Made by a program: the position numbers and the translations under genes
Virus record (IMG/VR): IMGVR_UViG_3300024331_000037
Location: 1-58,583 of that record
DNA: 58,583 nt
Source of the DNA: a virus
Taxonomy: Duplodnaviria; Caudoviricetes
Strand: one strand, 5' to 3'
Shown: piece by piece, positions 8,648 through 19,412 of the stretch
Numbering within the stretch: the stretch's first letter is position 1
Layout: each line of letters opens with the position of its first letter
The notes under the pieces: generated by a model
The model's database searches: none
Told to the model about the DNA's origin: nothing
Seen by the model: only the letters and a program-made list of their open reading frames with translations

Positions 8648-10676
8648 GATACAGGGGTTGGAATGTTGGACGCCTCCAGAAGGGTATGTATGGAATATTC
8701 TAACCAAGAAACTTGAATTTCGCGGAGTTTATAAAAGGTCCAATAATCCCGACGAACAATATTGGGAAAGATTCCCTTTGCCATCATGGTATAAGCAAGT
8801 CATTAAGGCGGAAGACGAATACGAAAAAAGGAAGAAATTTGAAGACCCTCCTTTTTACGATGACCGATACGAAAAATTCAAGCAACAAGAATGGGATAGG
8901 CGGCTGAATGGTTTTTGGCTGATGATAAATGGTAAGCCGGTTTATTTAGTCGGTTCTCACTACTTATACATGCAATGGTTTTCAATCGACATTGGTTACC
9001 CTAAATTTCGCGTTCCAGACCTGGAATACTTTTACTTTCTTCAATACTGCATAGAAGACCCTGAATGCATGGGAATGATTGAAATTACCAAGCGTCGTTT
9101 TGGTAAGACATTTAGGGCCGGGTTGTTCCTTATCGAATACGTCACCCGCACAAAGATGACTAACGCCGGTATTCAATCTAAGACCGGAGGTGATGCTAAA
9201 AAAGTATTCAGCAAGGCGGTTGTAGCTCCGTTCAAAAAGTTACCTAAGTTTTTCCGGCCAGAATATGATATGTCATTAGGTATTACGCCTAAGACAGAAA
9301 TGCGTTTTCAACAAACGAACATACGCGGTAAGAAGGCGGAGGAAGGATTGGATAAGGATGAATTAGGGTCTATGATAGATCACCAGAGCGCGGATGTAGT
9401 TGCGTATGACGGCCAAAAACTACATAGATATGTAGCAGACGAAAGCGGTAAAACAACGGAAGTAAATATTTATGACCGTCACGACGTTATACGCTACTGC
9501 CTTTTGGATGACGAAGGACGAATAATCGGGAAGGCGCTTTACACAACGACAGTCGAAAAGTTAGATACTGAAAAGGAGGGCGTACAGGAGGCGTTTAAAA
9601 ATCTTTGGAATGATAGCAACCAATTAGACAGAAAGGAGAATGGCAGAACCGCCAGCGGGTTGTATCGGTTTTTTATGACTTCTGACCGTGGGAGGAACTT
9701 TGATGTTTACGGAGAACCAGACGTAGAAAAAACAGTCAAGGAAATTTTAGCTGACCGAGCATCCGTTGCCCACAACCTTCGTGCATTATCTGCCCGTATT
9801 CGTAAAGAGGCAAGAACAGTTGAAGAAGCATTTAGCACGGATGCGGATAAGTGTATATTCAATGTGCATTACATAGACCAACGGGTAAGAGAATTAACAG
9901 AGCGGCCAATACTTAAACGATGTGTTATTTTTTACAGGGAATTAGATAGTACGGTAGCCTATCGCTTTGTTGATCCAAAGAATAACTCATTTCATTGGAA
10001 ATTGACAGCGTTTCCGTCTCATGGTCAAGAGAACAAATATGTTATAGTTGACAATTTAAAAAAACCAGCGAGAACAAGGGACGGAGCAATTGCCATAGAC
10101 GGGTATTCCAACTCACAAGGCGGAACAAAATATGGGTCAAAAGCATCTGCATGGATAGGGCGTAAGTTCGATATACTAGACCCACTAAATACAGGGAAAG
10201 CTATTGGCTGGTTATATGGTCGCCCGGCAGTTAAAGACACGCTGTATGAGCAAGTAATGTTAGCCGCTGAATATTACGGGTATGTCGCATGGTTTGAGCA
10301 TAATAGTGATTCGTACTTAGAATACTTCCGAGACAGAGGTAAATTACTCTATTTAGGCACTTATCCATTAAGTACTATTGACCCGATAAAAAGGCAAGAT
10401 GCAGACCGATACAGAGGGTTTCCTACCACTCCGTTTAGTTTAACGCGCCAGACAGATACTGGGATTGCTTACGTTGAAAACTATTGGTACTTAATAGACT
10501 TTATAGAATTGCTGGAAGATATGAAGGTGTTCGATCCGAATAACAGAACGGAATTTGATATTACCGTTTCCTTCTTAATGCTTCTAGTGTGCCTTATGGA
10601 AGTAGAGTATACTCCCCCTCCACGAAAAGCGCCATTGGTGAAAATTTACGACAATCCTAACTACAGGGGGAACTAA
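8613..10676 (+). CDS. terL: Terminase large subunit
   Basis: Walker A KRRFGKT, Walker B YVADESGK, nuclease AIDGY...FEHN...FDITVS. Confidence 0.9.
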   Translation: MYLEIPQGSKIEIQGLECWTPPEGYVWNILTKKLEFRGVYKRSNNPDEQYWERFPLPSWYKQVIKAEDEYEKRKKFEDPPFYDDRYEKFKQQEWDRRLNGFWLMINGKPVYLVGSHYLYMQWFSIDIGYPKFRVPDLEYFYFLQYCIEDPECMGMIEITKRRFGKTFRAGLFLIEYVTRTKMTNAGIQSKTGGDAKKVFSKAVVAPFKKLPKFFRPEYDMSLGITPKTEMRFQQTNIRGKKAEEGLDKDELGSMIDHQSADVVAYDGQKLHRYVADESGKTTEVNIYDRHDVIRYCLLDDEGRIIGKALYTTTVEKLDTEKEGVQEAFKNLWNDSNQLDRKENGRTASGLYRFFMTSDRGRNFDVYGEPDVEKTVKEILADRASVAHNLRALSARIRKEARTVEEAFSTDADKCIFNVHYIDQRVRELTERPILKRCVIFYRELDSTVAYRFVDPKNNSFHWKLTAFPSHGQENKYVIVDNLKKPARTRDGAIAIDGYSNSQGGTKYGSKASAWIGRKFDILDPLNTGKAIGWLYGRPAVKDTLYEQVMLAAEYYGYVAWFEHNSDSYLEYFRDRGKLLYLGTYPLSTIDPIKRQDADRYRGFPTTPFSLTRQTDTGIAYVENYWYLIDFIELLEDMKVFDPNNRTEFDITVSFLMLLVCLMEVEYTPPPRKAPLVKIYDNPNYRGN

Positions 10677-11020
10677 TTTTGAGGATGACCATGTAATTCT
10701 AAATGGTGTTCTCGGCAGAACCATCGAACTTCAAGAGGTTTATCGTAGTTGTCATGATGAGCTTCTGCTGGTTTCCCGCATACCTCACAAACTCCCTTTG
10801 TTATTTTTCCTCGTTTAATATATTCGTGTAAGTAAGCCCTTGCATTCGCTTTCTTTCTAGCTATTGGGTGGAGATTTGAATGTTTTGGCCTATTTTTTCT
10901 CATATGTTCAGCATGGCAGCCTTTACAATACGATTGCTTCCCTATTCTTGTTTTTTCTAACGGTTTACCGCATTTCGAGCAAGTTGTTCGAGTGCGGCCT
11001 TTAGGTATTCTTTTTCTCAT
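10673..11020 (-). CDS. Small HNH-like endonuclease
   Basis: CSKC...C..C, CEVCG..AEAHHDNYDKPLEVRWFCREHH; ATG at 11020 follows TAAATTTG. Confidence 0.75.
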   Translation of the reverse strand: MRKRIPKGRTRTTCSKCGKPLEKTRIGKQSYCKGCHAEHMRKNRPKHSNLHPIARKKANARAYLHEYIKRGKITKGVCEVCGKPAEAHHDNYDKPLEVRWFCREHHLELHGHPQN

Positions 11021-11023
11021 ATT

Positions 11024-11090
11024 CAAATTTACTGTTTATGTGGAAATTATTGTGATTCGTGGAACATTCTGTTCTAAAACATTACATTTG
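11024..11090. promoter_or_regulatory. Divergent Bacteroidota -7 promoter elements
   Basis: TAAATTTG on minus strand (11031-11024) and TACATTTG on plus strand (11083-11090). Confidence 0.6.
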
Positions 11091-11111
11091 ACCAACTAAT
11101 CTCATTTCGAG

Positions 11112-13580
11112 TTGGCTGAAATCCAAAATATTCCGGTTGGTGGCACAGATAGCTTGAAGAAATTCCAGCTTTTAGCCAATGTCAAGGAAAAAAGCGATCC
11201 GGAATGGGGCAAATCAATTGCTCACTATATCTGCTCAACTGTCTTTGCTGGTATAGGGAACGGCTACTTCTGGTTACGAAACTCCCGGTTTAAGATCAAT
11301 AGGGACATGGCAGCCGGTAAGATGGATAGCGTCCAATTTATGGATCAGTTGGACATGAACGGGAAGTTCAATTACGTTAACCTGGATTGGGCGGCTATAA
11401 AAATAGTCAATACCATTGTCTCTAAAATAGTTGGGCGTTGGATGGGGAGAACCGAAAAGATAGTGGTTAAAGCCACTGATTCCCTTTCCGTGCAAGATAA
11501 GATGGAAGGTTACCAACAGGCTGAATTTTACATGCTACACAAGGATATGGTAGCCCAATTGGAGCAAGCATCCGGCACACAAATAACCCCGAAAGATCAG
11601 TTTATCCCGGAAGACAGCGAAGAATTGCTGTTATGGAAAAATGAACTTCAGCAAATCCCAGAAGAAATATTATACGAAACTGGCGTCAACGATGTGTTAG
11701 ACGCCAATGGTTTTTTTGACCAAAACAAAGAGAAACTATTACATGACAGTGCGGAAGTAGGCTTGCCGGTTACCCATACCGAAATGCAAAATGATGGAGT
11801 AATTGATGTGTCATGGATTAAGCCGGAGAACTTCTTTTACTCATGGTCGGAATACAACGATCTGCATGATTGTTCGTGGCAAGGCGATGAAACTGGGATG
11901 AAGATAACCGAAATCAGGGCAAGATTCGGGGTTGAATTTGGTGGTCATCTGACAGAAGAACAACTATGGCAGATTGCACAAACCTGTCAGGAATATCAGC
12001 TATACGACAAGTTGCGTTGGTTGGTTGAGTGGAACGTAGCGATACTTCGGCCATACGATGAGTGGAACGTACAGATAACGCGGTTTTATCTCAAATCATT
12101 GGACAAAGACCCCTATACTCTTATCCAAACCAAAAAGAACAAAAGCACACTGCTCAAAAAAGGAGTTCCTTCAAAACTGTCTGAAAATGAGGAATATGTA
12201 GAAGATAAGAATATTAAAATATACAAGGGGCTTTATATTCGTAAAACAGAAACACTTCTTTCGTGGGGATTATGGGAGAACATGATCCGTCCGCAAGACC
12301 CCAAAGAATACGGCCAATGTCTGTTCCCGTATTCAGCCTATATGTACCAGAATCAGGACATGAAAAATATCGCAATCCCTGAAAAGATTGAGGAACCCGT
12401 CCGGCAAATGATTTTGGCGCGGTACAAAATACAACAGGTTGTCATGCGGATGCGTCCCCCTGGTGCGGCAGTCAATTGGGATGCCTTACAGGAAATCGAT
12501 TACGGGCTTGGCGAAAAGAACCGAACGATTGACCCTAAAAAACATTACGATCAAACAGGGGATATTTACTACCGTGGGAAAGATGCAGAAGGCAACCCCA
12601 TCCCCGTTCCCATTACAGAGCTTCAAAATTCAGGGTTCCTACCAGCCATGCAGGGGCTTATTCAGGATTATCAATTCCACTACCAAGTCCTGAAAGATGA
12701 GTTAGGGGAAGACCCGGCTATCTCCACGAATGCCGCAAAACCGCGCGTTACAACCGACAACGTACAATCTGCCATGCAAGCCGCAGATGAGGCGACTGAC
12801 TATATGTACGATGCCTATTTGTACTGCATGGAAGGTACGGCTAAAAGAATATCCTGTTTGCTTCATAATAGCGTTACGTATGGTGCAGACGCCTACCGTA
12901 AAATCCTAAAAGAAGAAAATATAAAAGGGCGCGCCTTTTCGACAACCGCAAAAATGCGGCCTACCGAAACGCAGATGCAAGCGTTGGATGTGTTTATGCA
13001 ACAGGCATTGCAGGCTAACCCTGAATTGATTGTCCATTTAGACCCATTCAAATTACGTAGGCTTGCCTTAGATGATGTGAAGTTAGCCGAATTATACATG
13101 CGCCGGTGTCAGAAAAAAATGTGGCAAGCGCAACAACAGGAGGCACAACAAAATGCGCAAATGAACGCGCAGGCTCAACAGCAATCCCTTCAAATGAAGG
13201 CGCAACTTGATCTTCAACATGAACAAGCGAAGGCCCAATACGAGGCCCAAAAGAATGAAGACCTTAGTCGAGCGCGGAAAGAAGAATTATTTATTCAAGG
13301 GATATTTGGAGTTTGGCAGAAAGGAGGGCAGTTACCGGATCAACTTACTGGTGTTGCACAAGAATTAATTCAGAATGTCGGATTACCATTGTTCGCCGCC
13401 AACACGAAGAACCAGCAGGCTTTACAACAAGGGATGCAACAGGGGATGCAAATGGCCGCAGGACAACCAGCAGGCGCACCACAGCCTGGTGGTTTGCAAC
13501 AATCGCCAGAAGATCAACCGCAGGACCAGGGACAGCCAGAGCAACCACAAGATCAATTACAACAAAATCAACCACAATGA
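11112..13580 (+). CDS. Portal protein
   Basis: 822 aa, follows terL, helical, Gln-rich C-terminal barrel/tail; TTG start. Confidence 0.85.
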   Translation: MAEIQNIPVGGTDSLKKFQLLANVKEKSDPEWGKSIAHYICSTVFAGIGNGYFWLRNSRFKINRDMAAGKMDSVQFMDQLDMNGKFNYVNLDWAAIKIVNTIVSKIVGRWMGRTEKIVVKATDSLSVQDKMEGYQQAEFYMLHKDMVAQLEQASGTQITPKDQFIPEDSEELLLWKNELQQIPEEILYETGVNDVLDANGFFDQNKEKLLHDSAEVGLPVTHTEMQNDGVIDVSWIKPENFFYSWSEYNDLHDCSWQGDETGMKITEIRARFGVEFGGHLTEEQLWQIAQTCQEYQLYDKLRWLVEWNVAILRPYDEWNVQITRFYLKSLDKDPYTLIQTKKNKSTLLKKGVPSKLSENEEYVEDKNIKIYKGLYIRKTETLLSWGLWENMIRPQDPKEYGQCLFPYSAYMYQNQDMKNIAIPEKIEEPVRQMILARYKIQQVVMRMRPPGAAVNWDALQEIDYGLGEKNRTIDPKKHYDQTGDIYYRGKDAEGNPIPVPITELQNSGFLPAMQGLIQDYQFHYQVLKDELGEDPAISTNAAKPRVTTDNVQSAMQAADEATDYMYDAYLYCMEGTAKRISCLLHNSVTYGADAYRKILKEENIKGRAFSTTAKMRPTETQMQALDVFMQQALQANPELIVHLDPFKLRRLALDDVKLAELYMRRCQKKMWQAQQQEAQQNAQMNAQAQQQSLQMKAQLDLQHEQAKAQYEAQKNEDLSRARKEELFIQGIFGVWQKGGQLPDQLTGVAQELIQNVGLPLFAANTKNQQALQQGMQQGMQMAAGQPAGAPQPGGLQQSPEDQPQDQGQPEQPQDQLQQNQPQ

Positions 13581-13852
13581 GCTTTAATCTCACTAACCAA
13601 GTTGCTTCTCCTGCACTAAGATCGCAGGACGCTCTTGTCACGTTAAATTGGACAGATTCAAATGCTAGTATAGCTAATGTATCAATCGGGCAAAAAGCTG
13701 GCGTAGTGTCATCTGGAAAGTTGGGAACAGTAAGCGAAATTGACCCGGCTGGTTTATATATTAATATTAAGCCAGCGCAACCAGACAGAAGTTTTGACAG
13801 CCTTTCGACACCGGGTATTTTGGCAGCGAATGAATTAATCACGTTTTTCTGA
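13577..13852 (+). CDS. Small hypothetical virion-region protein
   Basis: Start MSFNLTNQ at 13577 (ATGA overlap with portal stop). Confidence 0.65.
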   Translation: MSFNLTNQVASPALRSQDALVTLNWTDSNASIANVSIGQKAGVVSSGKLGTVSEIDPAGLYINIKPAQPDRSFDSLSTPGILAANELITFF

Positions 13853-13865
13853 AAAATAAATTACT

Positions 13866-14240
13866 ATGGTAGCCAAACACATTGACTTCACGAATCAGTT
13901 TAATACAGGGGTCGGCAGCAACACTGGACTACTTCAGATAGATACATCCGGTTGGGATTACGTGATCGTTCACTTCGTAAACATGACCGGATCGACAACT
14001 TTTGCCGGTAGCAATGACGGAGGGGATATTCAGGCCGATGTGCAAGGCACAGCTTTAACAGCAACAAACTGGGTTTCGGTTCAAGGAGTTAATCAGACAA
14101 CGGGCGTTGCAGGTACTTCCGCAGCTTCCGGTACAATCTATAAATTTTCATCTGTAGCAAGGTATCTACAATTTGACGGCACGGCAAACACAAGTTGCAA
14201 AGTGCTGGTATACTTCGCTAAGATTTCACAAACAATGTAA
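13866..14240 (+). CDS. Beta-rich putative structural protein
   Basis: G/T/S-rich, ..F.GSNDG..W..V..ARYLQF jelly-roll-like pattern. Confidence 0.65.
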   Translation: MVAKHIDFTNQFNTGVGSNTGLLQIDTSGWDYVIVHFVNMTGSTTFAGSNDGGDIQADVQGTALTATNWVSVQGVNQTTGVAGTSAASGTIYKFSSVARYLQFDGTANTSCKVLVYFAKISQTM

Positions 14241-14246
14241 TTTTTT

Positions 14247-15446
14247 ATGGCAGAAGAAACAGCAGTAGTCGAACAAAAGCCAGAAACCCAAACTCCGGTA
14301 ACAAAAGAAGTACTTACTCCTGAAGGAGGATTTTGGGATGATAACTCATGGAGCAATACACCGCCTGTATTAACGCAGCAACCAAATGCGGCAGATGGCG
14401 GGGCAGTGGTTACAAAAGAAGAAAAGCCGACTACTACAGCAGAGCCGGACGAAGAAATAGTAGACGAACTGGAATACCTCGAAAAGCAAACTGGGTATAA
14501 GTCGTGGGACGAAATAAAGGCTCTTAAAACAGAAGCCGAACAACTCCGGGCTAAAGCGCAAACACCAGCAGAGATAAAATTCGCCAATGAGACAAGCCAA
14601 AAGCTATTTGAGGCATGGAAAGAAGGCAAAGAGGATGAGGTTTATAATCTTCTCCACACTCAACGAGAACTGAAAAGGGCGGCAGAATTACCATCGGCAG
14701 ACGCAATCAGGATGCATATAAAGATGTCAAACGAAGGCAATCCTAATTTTAAAGCCGCCGATGTAGAAGATATTTTCGAAGATAGATACGGGTTGCCAAA
14801 AGAACCCAGGCAACGTGCCGATGAAGACCCTGAAGATTTTCAGGATCGAATGACTGAATATAAAACCCGCGTTGAAAAAGTGAACAGGGCAATTGAGCGG
14901 GACGCATTTACGGCTAAACAAGAGTTAGCCAAACGAATTACGGAACTAAAGCCTCCAGAAATACAAAACCATCAACAAATGCAACAAGGTCCGCCTCCAG
15001 AGGTATTGGAGGCCCGAAAGGCATTCGTTGAAAATTATCGCAAAGAAGTTCCAAAACAGGTAGAAGGATTCAAAGGATTTTCGACAACGTTCAAGGATGA
15101 TACGGTAGAAATTCCTATTTCTTATGGCATTTCGCCAGAGGAATTAAAAGAAACTCAAACCGAATTGGAAGAGTTTGCCGATAAAGGGTTAGATGTAAAT
15201 CAACTGTTTTCTAAAGATTGGGTGAACCCAGATGGTACAGTCAATATTCGTCGAATGGCGGAAGATCGCTATTTGCTGAAAAATAGAGACAAAATTTTCC
15301 AAAAAATTGCTAACGAAAGTGGAGCAAAAAGACTGGCACACCAAATGAAATTAAACAGCAATATCAAAGTAGACGGCAAAACACAGACAGCTGAGATTAA
15401 GAAAGATGAAAACGCCGCTATTTTGGATCATTTCTGGAATGCCTAG
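14247..15446 (+). CDS. Putative capsid scaffolding protein
   Basis: Acidic helical protein directly before the major capsid gene. Confidence 0.7.
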   Translation: MAEETAVVEQKPETQTPVTKEVLTPEGGFWDDNSWSNTPPVLTQQPNAADGGAVVTKEEKPTTTAEPDEEIVDELEYLEKQTGYKSWDEIKALKTEAEQLRAKAQTPAEIKFANETSQKLFEAWKEGKEDEVYNLLHTQRELKRAAELPSADAIRMHIKMSNEGNPNFKAADVEDIFEDRYGLPKEPRQRADEDPEDFQDRMTEYKTRVEKVNRAIERDAFTAKQELAKRITELKPPEIQNHQQMQQGPPPEVLEARKAFVENYRKEVPKQVEGFKGFSTTFKDDTVEIPISYGISPEELKETQTELEEFADKGLDVNQLFSKDWVNPDGTVNIRRMAEDRYLLKNRDKIFQKIANESGAKRLAHQMKLNSNIKVDGKTQTAEIKKDENAAILDHFWNA

Positions 15447-15475
15447 TTATTTATTAACAAACAAATTAACAAAAA

Positions 15476-16912
15476 ATGGCAACAGGAATTCCTACCAGTA
15501 ATATACTACAGCCGGGCCAAATTAGCATCGCTAACGGAGCGAACCAGGCGCTAGTATCATTTCTGCAACTACTGACGCCGCAGTACTACAAACAATACGT
15601 AGAAAAATACGGCAATGAAGATTTCACATGGTGGCTTTCTGCCTTTGGAGGCATGGAAGAAGTGTATAACCAAAATTTCTTCTGGTTTGAAAACAGGGGG
15701 AAATTAATGCAGGGTGTGCAAGTCGCGGCCAATGTTTCGGCAGGGGTCGGCGCAGCTATCACCCTGACACTTGCTTCCGCTGACCACTTTAACGGAGGTA
15801 CGCAAGCTCCTTTGCGGGCTGGTGAAACAGTTCGGGTAGCTTCTACCAACGTAGAAGGTGTGATTAGCAATATCACGGCAACCCCAGGTGCCTTTACTTT
15901 TGTGGTAACACCTAAACAGACGGGTCAGGCTTTGGCATCTGCCGGGTCTACGTCATTCCTTACCGGGGACGTTCTTCTGTTTGGTGGTATCATGGACGCT
16001 GGCGAAGCATCAGGTAGCAATAACCCGCTTATCCATCTGGATCAGAAATACAGCAACAATATCACGCAGATGCGCGATACCTACGCTGGTACTGATTTGG
16101 CTGAAATGACGCAGGTTTACTACACGGGTGGTATTACCGGGTCGGCACCCGCTCAACAGGCCGGTGTTTCACTGTTCACCTACAAGTCGCTGGTAAAAAC
16201 AGACACGCGGTTTAAAAACTACGTAGAGTTTAAGCTACTCCGTGGCGACGTTCAAAACAACACGGCCATTACCAACGCTAACGGTTACAGTTCTTTGGGC
16301 GCACAAGGTGTTATCCCTAAGATTAACACCGACGGGGAAACAGTCGGTTATACTGCCGGTACGTTGGATATTCCGAAACTTCATGAAATCACCCGTATCA
16401 TGGACGTAAACGGATGCGCTAAACAGTGCATGTGGTTACAGGATATTTTCCAACGTCAGGATTTCAGTGACGGCTTGTTCCAGACCTTCCCGGCTGGCGC
16501 ATTTGTTTGGGGTAAAGGCGAAATGGATAAAGACGCGCAAGTAGCCTATGGCTTCGAGCATGTCAGTATCGACGGCTATATGATGGGAGTAAAGAAGTAC
16601 CGCCCATTCAACTCCGAATTTACAACTGGCACCACGCCTAACGTTGATTTCTTCCGTAACTACGGAATGATTATCCCGAACGGCACCGCACAGGACTACA
16701 AAGATGCCACTAAGGTTTATAAGAACCTTACGGTTATGTTCCAAGCTCCGCCAGCAGGCGGAACGATTGGCAACGGCATTCGTGTATGGCCGCACGGTGG
16801 TGGTTCCCGGAACCCAACGGACGGAACGATGGTTGACTTCATCGAGTTCTTGTGCTACAGATCGACGCGCGTAGTTGCCGCTAACCAGTTTATTCAGGTA
16901 GAAGCAGCTTAG
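15476..16912 (+). CDS. Major capsid protein
   Basis: 478 aa, position after scaffold, strongly biased codons, followed by a terminator. Confidence 0.85.
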   Translation: MATGIPTSNILQPGQISIANGANQALVSFLQLLTPQYYKQYVEKYGNEDFTWWLSAFGGMEEVYNQNFFWFENRGKLMQGVQVAANVSAGVGAAITLTLASADHFNGGTQAPLRAGETVRVASTNVEGVISNITATPGAFTFVVTPKQTGQALASAGSTSFLTGDVLLFGGIMDAGEASGSNNPLIHLDQKYSNNITQMRDTYAGTDLAEMTQVYYTGGITGSAPAQQAGVSLFTYKSLVKTDTRFKNYVEFKLLRGDVQNNTAITNANGYSSLGAQGVIPKINTDGETVGYTAGTLDIPKLHEITRIMDVNGCAKQCMWLQDIFQRQDFSDGLFQTFPAGAFVWGKGEMDKDAQVAYGFEHVSIDGYMMGVKKYRPFNSEFTTGTTPNVDFFRNYGMIIPNGTAQDYKDATKVYKNLTVMFQAPPAGGTIGNGIRVWPHGGGSRNPTDGTMVDFIEFLCYRSTRVVAANQFIQVEAA

Positions 16913-16920
16913 TTTTAACT

Positions 16921-16948
16921 GGGGCGGTTGTATGCCGCCCCTCTTTTA
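16921..16948 (+). terminator. Intrinsic terminator after capsid gene
   Basis: GGGGCGG-TTGTATG-CCGCCCC-TCTTTT. Confidence 0.85.
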
Positions 16949-16966
16949 ATATTTTAATTATTTTTT

Positions 16967-17833
16967 ATGGCAATTTCACAGAGCGATTCTTTGATAGCGG
17001 AAAAAGGAGAAAAGGTAGTTGATCCTGTTTTCAAAGAGATTTTGGCTAAACATACGGTTACGCCAGCAGGCCGGAAATCGGTTATTTTCAAGTTGCGCAA
17101 CCCTCCCAATGGCAAAGTACATCTGGACGGGATTGATGACGTATATGACCCGGATACGAAAACTATGCGCCGTATTCGATTGCTTCGCGGTGTAGCCGAA
17201 ATTTGGCAGGACAAGCAGGATAAATTGGACAAGGCATACATTGACAAAAACCGTATTAGCCTAACCTTTATTCAAGGTGGGATGATTTTAGATGAGACAA
17301 AAGACGCTCATATCATCAAAGCGGCTAGATTGATGAACGCCAACGACGGGAACGAGTACAGGATTCCAGGAAAGAAACGATCTTTCTACGAATGGGACCC
17401 CGTTGCTCAAGAAAGAGAAGCCTTTGAAAGGGAGATTGAGGAATTTAAGGCAGTCGAATTGGCTATGTCTGTTCCTATCGAAAAAGCAAAGAAACATGCC
17501 TTGTTCTTAGGGTTGAATATAACCAATGAAATGGGGCAAATTCGCGGCGAGGACGGCATCCGGGTTCTGTATTCCAGAGAAGCTAAACGCGATCCCAAAC
17601 GGTTTAAAACGACGCTGGATTCCCCTGAAGTGGAATACAAATACCTTATCAGGCGTGCCTTGGCAGATTCTAAAATAGAAGTCAGCGGGACTAACGCTAA
17701 GTGGACAGCAGGTGGGTTGATTTGTAAAGTGCCACATGGCAGGGAAGCCGTTGACTACATGGTAGAATTTGCTATGCTATCAACAGAAGAATCAAAATCA
17801 TTTGTTGATCGTTTGCAAAAATTAGATCTGTAA
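16967..17833 (+). CDS. Conserved hypothetical protein downstream of the capsid gene
   Basis: 288-aa ORF in head-tail region. Confidence 0.7.
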   Translation: MAISQSDSLIAEKGEKVVDPVFKEILAKHTVTPAGRKSVIFKLRNPPNGKVHLDGIDDVYDPDTKTMRRIRLLRGVAEIWQDKQDKLDKAYIDKNRISLTFIQGGMILDETKDAHIIKAARLMNANDGNEYRIPGKKRSFYEWDPVAQEREAFEREIEEFKAVELAMSVPIEKAKKHALFLGLNITNEMGQIRGEDGIRVLYSREAKRDPKRFKTTLDSPEVEYKYLIRRALADSKIEVSGTNAKWTAGGLICKVPHGREAVDYMVEFAMLSTEESKSFVDRLQKLDL

Positions 17834-18526
17834 TTGGATGCAAATACCGTATATAATCTGCTTAAATTTATCCCGAATCAATTGCAAAGGGGGAATTTAT
17901 CGCCAGCGCGTATAAATCTAATAGCACAGCAGGCGCAAACTTCCTTTCTTGATTATTGTCTAGGGCAGATGCAGCAATATCAATACGGCGCACCACAATC
18001 CAGAGTGGAATATGCGGTTAATGAAACGGCAAGGCTTAGACTTACGCCTTTTATCGACGCGGTTACTACGTTAACAATAGATGTTACAGGGCTGGCACCA
18101 TACCCGCCAAATTTTGAGCAGGTTGATGCGATGTACATGAATAACGCGCAACGAACTAGAATACGGTTTGTACCGCAACACAAAGCACCTAACTACATCA
18201 GCGATCCGATTGACCCGGTGGACAGCAACCCAATCTATCTTTTGGAATCAGACGGATTTCGTTTTTATCCGAATACAAACTTCGACGGGGTAACATTGGG
18301 AACAGCTTTGCTTAGTTATGTCCATACCCCAACGCCGTTTAATTGGGCCTATACCTTAGATGGGAATGGGCGGCCCCAATACGACGCTGGCAATAGTCAT
18401 GGGTATGATTTTTATGATGTTGATTGTCTTGAAATTATAGCTAGAGGTTTGCGTATGATTGGGATTAATCTGGCGGCAGGAGAGGTGGGTCAATACGCTC
18501 AACAAATAATTGATAAAGGGCAATGA
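17834..18526 (+). CDS. Putative head-tail connector/ring protein
   Basis: Q.RG.LSP..IN..AQQAQ N-terminus, P.WAYTL; position. Confidence 0.6.
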   Translation: MDANTVYNLLKFIPNQLQRGNLSPARINLIAQQAQTSFLDYCLGQMQQYQYGAPQSRVEYAVNETARLRLTPFIDAVTTLTIDVTGLAPYPPNFEQVDAMYMNNAQRTRIRFVPQHKAPNYISDPIDPVDSNPIYLLESDGFRFYPNTNFDGVTLGTALLSYVHTPTPFNWAYTLDGNGRPQYDAGNSHGYDFYDVDCLEIIARGLRMIGINLAAGEVGQYAQQIIDKGQ

Positions 18527-19149
18527 CAAGACTGCAACTCATACGGCGAATTTTAAGGCAAGTGTACGGTGGGCAGCCATCCATAGACAGCAATATCACG
18601 GATAACCTTGTCAATAACTGGATGACCGAGGCGATTAGTGCCAGCGCCGTAAAAAACTATCAAACTAATCTTGGTTTGGATGGAGTGGCATATGTCAATA
18701 ATAGCTTTTATACAACGTTTTCAGGACTGACAATCTCGCAAACGACTGATCCGTTCACCTATCAATTAACACTCCCGCAAATTCCAATAGGAATAGGGAA
18801 TAATGAAGGAGTTGGTACACTACAATTTGTAGATAGCGATGGTAATATATCCGATCCGGCCATACCGTTAAGTGAAAACCAAGTAGGCTATTACCGGAAT
18901 ATGCGGGCGATTCCTAATAAAATCCTGTACTACCCAGAAAGCATTTATTTATTCATAATCAGTACCCTTCAATTGAATACATATACAGGGAAAGTGAGAA
19001 TGATTAGTGGAGGTAATTCGGCTGATTTGAATAGTATTTTGAATGTTCCTGATGAAACATTGGCCGATATTACCGAATATGTTAGTAAAATGCTTTCATG
19101 GGAAAGACAGCAGAAAAAAATACCTACAAATGATGGAGCAGATGCTTAG
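18523..19149 (+). CDS. Putative tail ring/tubular protein
   Basis: 208 aa; position in tail-core cluster. Confidence 0.55.
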   Translation: MTRLQLIRRILRQVYGGQPSIDSNITDNLVNNWMTEAISASAVKNYQTNLGLDGVAYVNNSFYTTFSGLTISQTTDPFTYQLTLPQIPIGIGNNEGVGTLQFVDSDGNISDPAIPLSENQVGYYRNMRAIPNKILYYPESIYLFIISTLQLNTYTGKVRMISGGNSADLNSILNVPDETLADITEYVSKMLSWERQQKKIPTNDGADA

Positions 19150-19408
19150 ACCAATACGCAACCAAGTGCTTATTAAATTATTCCCAGGGGATGAAAAATC
19201 GGCTGGCGGTATTATCGTAGCTGAATCTTTCAGGGCTGAATCTAACAAAGGGGAAGTAATTGCAGTAGGAAACGGAACGAAAAAGGATAAAATGCAGTTC
19301 AAAAAAGGCGATATTGTTTACAGAGTGCAAAATTATGGAGAACCGTTCGACATTGGCGGGGAAAGATTTTATATGATGGATCAAAATACCATTTTGGCAA
19401 AAGAATAA
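19142..19408 (+). CDS. groES: Co-chaperonin GroES-like protein
   Basis: LRPIRNQVLIK...EKSAGGIIV...GEVIAVGNG...KKGDIV...ILA. Confidence 0.9.
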   Translation: MLRPIRNQVLIKLFPGDEKSAGGIIVAESFRAESNKGEVIAVGNGTKKDKMQFKKGDIVYRVQNYGEPFDIGGERFYMMDQNTILAKE

Positions 19409-19412
19409 AGTT

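Noticed and set aside
11038-11070. DnaA-box or parS-like sites (TGTGGAAAT, CGTGGAACA)
   Set aside because: Only partial matches, no full palindrome
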